Of a stretch of 64,000 bases of DNA, positions 60,192 to 64,000 are shown in pieces. The stretch is taken from assembly GCA_036172245.1 (NCBI GenBank), contig JAYWIR010000025.1, positions 496,001 through 560,000 on the forward strand, written 5' to 3'. The notes under the pieces are model-generated. The model was not told the origin of the DNA and made no database searches. It saw only the letters and a list, made by a program, of their open reading frames with translations. Within the stretch, counting starts at the first letter, position 1. Every line of letters begins with the position of its first letter. Origin of the DNA: Raillietiella orientalis (taxonomy: Eukaryota). Both the position numbers and the translations under genes were made by a program.

Positions 60192-62053
60192 ATGAAATCA
60201 AGAGTAATTGGTTTGATTGATGTAGACTGCTTCTATGTACAAGTTGAACAAATTGAGCAACCAAACATTAAAGGAAGGCCAGCTGTTGTTGTACAATATA
60301 AAGAACGGAAAGGAGGAGGGTCAGTTTAAAATTTCAACATTGTATATGTAATAATGTGTTTTTGTAGAATTATTGCAGTAAATTATGAAGCCAGATCACA
60401 TGGAATAAAGAATGGCATGTGGGCAGATGATGCAAGGTCAAAGTGCCCAGACCTTCATGTTTTTTGTGTTCCAGAGCAAAGAGGAAAGGCAAATCTGACA
60501 AGGTGATTAGACTCACTTTTCAGAACAAAATGTGAATGTGGTCACCTTGCAGGTATCGAGATAAAGGTGCGCAGTTTATCCAGATTTTGAGCAGGTATTG
60601 CAGTTGTGTGGAAAGAGCAAGTGTAGATGAGGCTTTTCTTGATCTAAGTAATGAAGTAGATCAGATGTCTTTGGAAGTCCTAGATGAAAAAGGATTGTCT
60701 GATACTATCGTTATAGGTTATGAGGATGAAGGTAAAGATTTTGCACTTATGTTTAAGTCTCCTTTAGTATGTAGGATTCACTAATTGGCTTCAGCAGTGC
60801 TCTCCAGAAGATCAGCGATTAACTCTGGCAGCAGTATTGATGCAACAGATTCGTCTTGCTGTTGAGTGTGAGCTGGGATTACAGTGCTCTGGAGGTGTTT
60901 CCCATAATAAGGTGAAATGATGCATTGAAATGAACTTGCCGAGCTTAATGATTCTTAGATGCTAAGTAAATTGGCTTGCAGTTTAAATAAACCCAACCGG
61001 TTAACTGTATTGCCCATGATTTCTGTTCCTGCCCTCTTTGAAAGAGTTCCCATAAAGAAAGTGAGAAATCTAGGTGGGAAGCTAGGGCGGGCAATAGAGC
61101 AAGAACTATCCTGTTCAACTATGCATCAGCTAGCACATGTACCCATGTCCATTTTGTTGCAGCACTTTGAAGAAAGTACAGCGTGAGTGGCAAGCAGAAT
61201 GATCTCTATAATCCTGTATAGAAATTGGTTACTGCAGATAAGTCAGGGATATGATGATGAACCCGTGGTGCAACGATATTTGCCCAAGTCTATTGGGTGC
61301 AGCAAAAATTTTCTGAATCGAGATACCTTGCATAATACAGACCAAATTCAGTTTTGGCTTAGACAGCTCGCTTCGGAATTGTCTGAACGGTTGATTCGGG
61401 ACCAAACTCAGAACAATAGGACTGCAGGATTATTAACTTTATCTGCAGGCTTGCAAAACTGTTCTCATGTGACCCGTTCGATCGCTCTGCTTACATATTC
61501 TGCAGAAAAAATAGCTCAAGATGCATTTCAAGCAACTCAGTCACTCTGTTCTTCTAGTCGTACCATGTAAGTGTCAAAGGGAGCGTTGATGTACAAGCTG
61601 CTTTTGTATCTTGTCAGGTTTCCATGCATCACTCATCTGGGATTGTGTGCATCCAAGTTCAAGTCTATTGACGTTACCAAAGAATCCACTCTTGACTCCT
61701 ATTTCGCGCCTTCCAAAGACTCGTTTTTTCTGAGCAGGCTCAGGCAGGCAGGGGGTGTTTCTGCCGCCGAAAGTGCTGAGGTTTCGGCATTGAAGAAGTG
61801 CCACAAATGCGACAAGTCAGTGCCTGAATCTGAGTGGCAAGAGCATGAAGACTATCACTTTGCCGAAGACGTTCAGCAGCAGTGGCAGAATGAAACCAGA
61901 CAGAGTTACAGCAATCAAATGCTTGCACAGAAAAAACATTCGAAATCTTCCAAACGAAGCAGGCAGCAGTCAGTTGACAAACCCAAAGAGAAGATCAGAA
62001 AAATAACGTCCTTTTTTCCGGTTCAACCCACAGTGCTCGACAGAGTTTCATGA
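60192..62053 (+). CDS. POLH: DNA polymerase eta (Y-family), 7 exons, 527 aa
   Basis: Exons 60192-60319, 60368-60502, 60553-60731, 60775-60911, 60959-61182, 61222-61566, 61618-62053 total 1584 nt; all introns are GT-AG. Motifs IDVDCFYVQVE, GGGIIAVNYEAR, GKANLTRYR, ERASVDEAFLD, CSGGVSHNKMLSKLACSLNKPN, VRNLGGKLG, PKSIGCSKNF; UBZ finger CHKCDKSVPESEWQEHEDYH; PIP-like KITSFF. An acceptor tttcag at ~60177 implies a 5'UTR intron. Confidence 0.96.
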
Positions 62054-63389
62054 TTTTTTAGGTTTTTTTTTTTTTTTTTTTTTTCAGACGATAAACAATA
62101 ATAACTGACCAGTAATCATGGTATTCATATCCCCGCGGTGGCTTTTACCAAAGTTTGATGATGTACACTTTTGTAAATTATTTACAATAAAATATTTTAA
62201 ATATGGTGCTTTTTGTTTGTGTGTTTTTATTGATTGCAGCTATTCAGCATTGTGTGTTGTGCGGTTTATATCTGGGTTGTTTCTGATGGCTTCTAAGGCC
62301 CCTCCTCATCTAAAGAATTCAGCTAATTTGATGCTGCAATTTTATGGCCCCCAATTCCTGTTGTGCTCCCTTTCTCCAATCTGATTTCATAGCCGAATCT
62401 TCTCGTATTTTATACTCTTGGGTAGCTCGATGGATCGACGTAGCCATCCGAATCCCACGCATCATTTGCTAGTGGCGGAATAGAGATGTTTTCTAATTCA
62501 AAAGATTCGTTTGAAAACAAACATTCTCCACGACTCCGTTCGCGATCAACAGTTTGATGACGATGCGTTGCTAAGACAAGCAAAGTAATGTAATTGAGGT
62601 TGCCGATTTCGTATCACATCATTCTTCCGTGTACCTCATACTCATAATCACTCATACTCTGTGCAGCTAGCATGACAGCCATGTGCAATTACTCTGATCC
62701 AAGCTGCACACATCTTCCATAACGGGACACGTACCAACTGAGATCGGAAATGGAGGAACACACTATCTTTTGAAGTATCCCTTAAAGCATGCCGCTACTG
62801 CCCAGCTGATGGCCACTTGAATAGCCATCGCTCACCGGCGGACATGTTTTGCTTCCCACTAGTCATTTAGTCCTGCGAGCGCAGAAAAAAATGCATCTTC
62901 CGTCCTTAGTTGACTTCTTCCTGGCACCCACCCCAAATTCAACACTTATTTTTTTGTCTCCTGCATCATCTTATGATGGGACTGCATTAGCGCCACCTTC
63001 CGGACTGATCGGTGTTTACCTCCCTCATTTTCCCAAACGTGTTGTCACTTCTACGAATTCATTTTCAGCAGAAATATCTTCTTCCTAGGCTACATGTCCC
63101 GTCGAAGATCATCATTGTGAACCCTTCTCTTCCAAGTTCCCCCTATTGCACCGTTTTTTGACCAGAAAACCCAACCGTCCTTCGAGAGAGCACGCGACAA
63201 GAGTCTGGACCCCATCAGCTTCCGTTCCATGCAGTGCTTCCGTCCTATTTCCTTAGTATGGATGGAAGAAACGCCTTGAGAAAGGTCACTCGTCTGCTCC
63301 AATAGTTGGCGCTTACGCATGACCTGTGAATCACTGATTGTTATCCGATCGTTGAGGTCGTGTGGATCCTTGCCATCGTAGCCTCCAGT

Positions 63390-64000
63390 TCCTGTACGTG
63401 GTGGAACGGCCCCTCTTCCACCTGGATGACTTCGCCTGAACCCCTTCGTGGGCTACCTTTGTGTCGCTACCCCCAACTGTTGGTCGGAACTGTCGGATGA
63501 CCTGCTTCTCCTACTTCCCATGTCCATCTAGGGGGCGGCGCTAGAGAACTTCTTCGAGCTGATCTGCCGGGAAGCAGCCTGGAGCGTGAACAGGGAGAAG
63601 TCTAAGGTCGTCCTTGTGAGAGCGGCGTATGAAGAACGGTCGAACCGAATTCGGATAGGAACCCCCATGGACAGTACTTCGAGTACCTTGGCATTTCATT
63701 GGGCGACCTCTGCGTCCCAGAATCGTGGTCCGACTGCCTACAAAAAGTGGCGTCGAAGTGGCTCTTGGCCCGTTTCTCGATGTCTTGGTCTTGCCGGTGC
63801 GGACCACCATCTGGAACATCTTTGCTGCCCCCTCCTCTGACCCTTGTTTTTTGGTTGCCCACCCCCGTATTCGACAGAGATCCAGGCGCAGAGTCTCCTA
63901 AGGAAAGTCCTTTGGAGCGCTGCGAGGTTCCGGATTCGTTCGAAAGACGTGGGGATGCCGCATCAGGATGAAGGCTGGGGCATCCTGAACGCTGGAAAAA
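63390..64000 (+). mobile_element. Decayed L1/Tx1-like reverse transcriptase fragment running off the window
   Basis: In order: EPL, SDDLLLL (cf. YADD), FELICREAAWSVNREKSK, YFEYLGISL, CLGLAG (cf. LSLAG), EGWGILN (cf. GGLGIxN); frameshifted. Confidence 0.6.

Overview
Eukaryotic, arthropod-type genomic DNA; a Rebers-Riddiford cuticle protein is present, but the species cannot be named from sequence. Most of the window is GC-rich with purine/pyrimidine microsatellite tracts and decayed transposons, so most ORFs in the track are noise. Five genes are supported: (1) a 3-exon Tyr/Lys/Pro-rich chitin-binding cuticle protein (+, 10245-11209); (2) GTP cyclohydrolase I (-, five core exons 26790-29037, plus two candidate alternative first exons); (3,4) a tandem pair of highly divergent long-chain acyl-CoA synthetase (ACSL)-like genes with uninterrupted CDSs (-, 50431-52725 and 54476-56716); (5) DNA polymerase eta (+, 7 exons, 60192-62053) in a sharply bounded AT-rich island with 39-51 nt introns. 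Both ACSL-like ORFs are intact but lack the ATP-binding P-loop and the catalytic lysine, making them candidate pseudoenzymes and the most interesting signal here. Repeats include a four-copy tRNA-headed SINE-like family with an internal ~40-bp tandem array, a MULE transposon split by nested L1/Tx1-like and Utopia/NeSL-like LINEs, and weaker Tc1, LINE, Penelope-like and kinase relics. All family calls come from manual motif reading against remembered consensus sequences; no searches were run.
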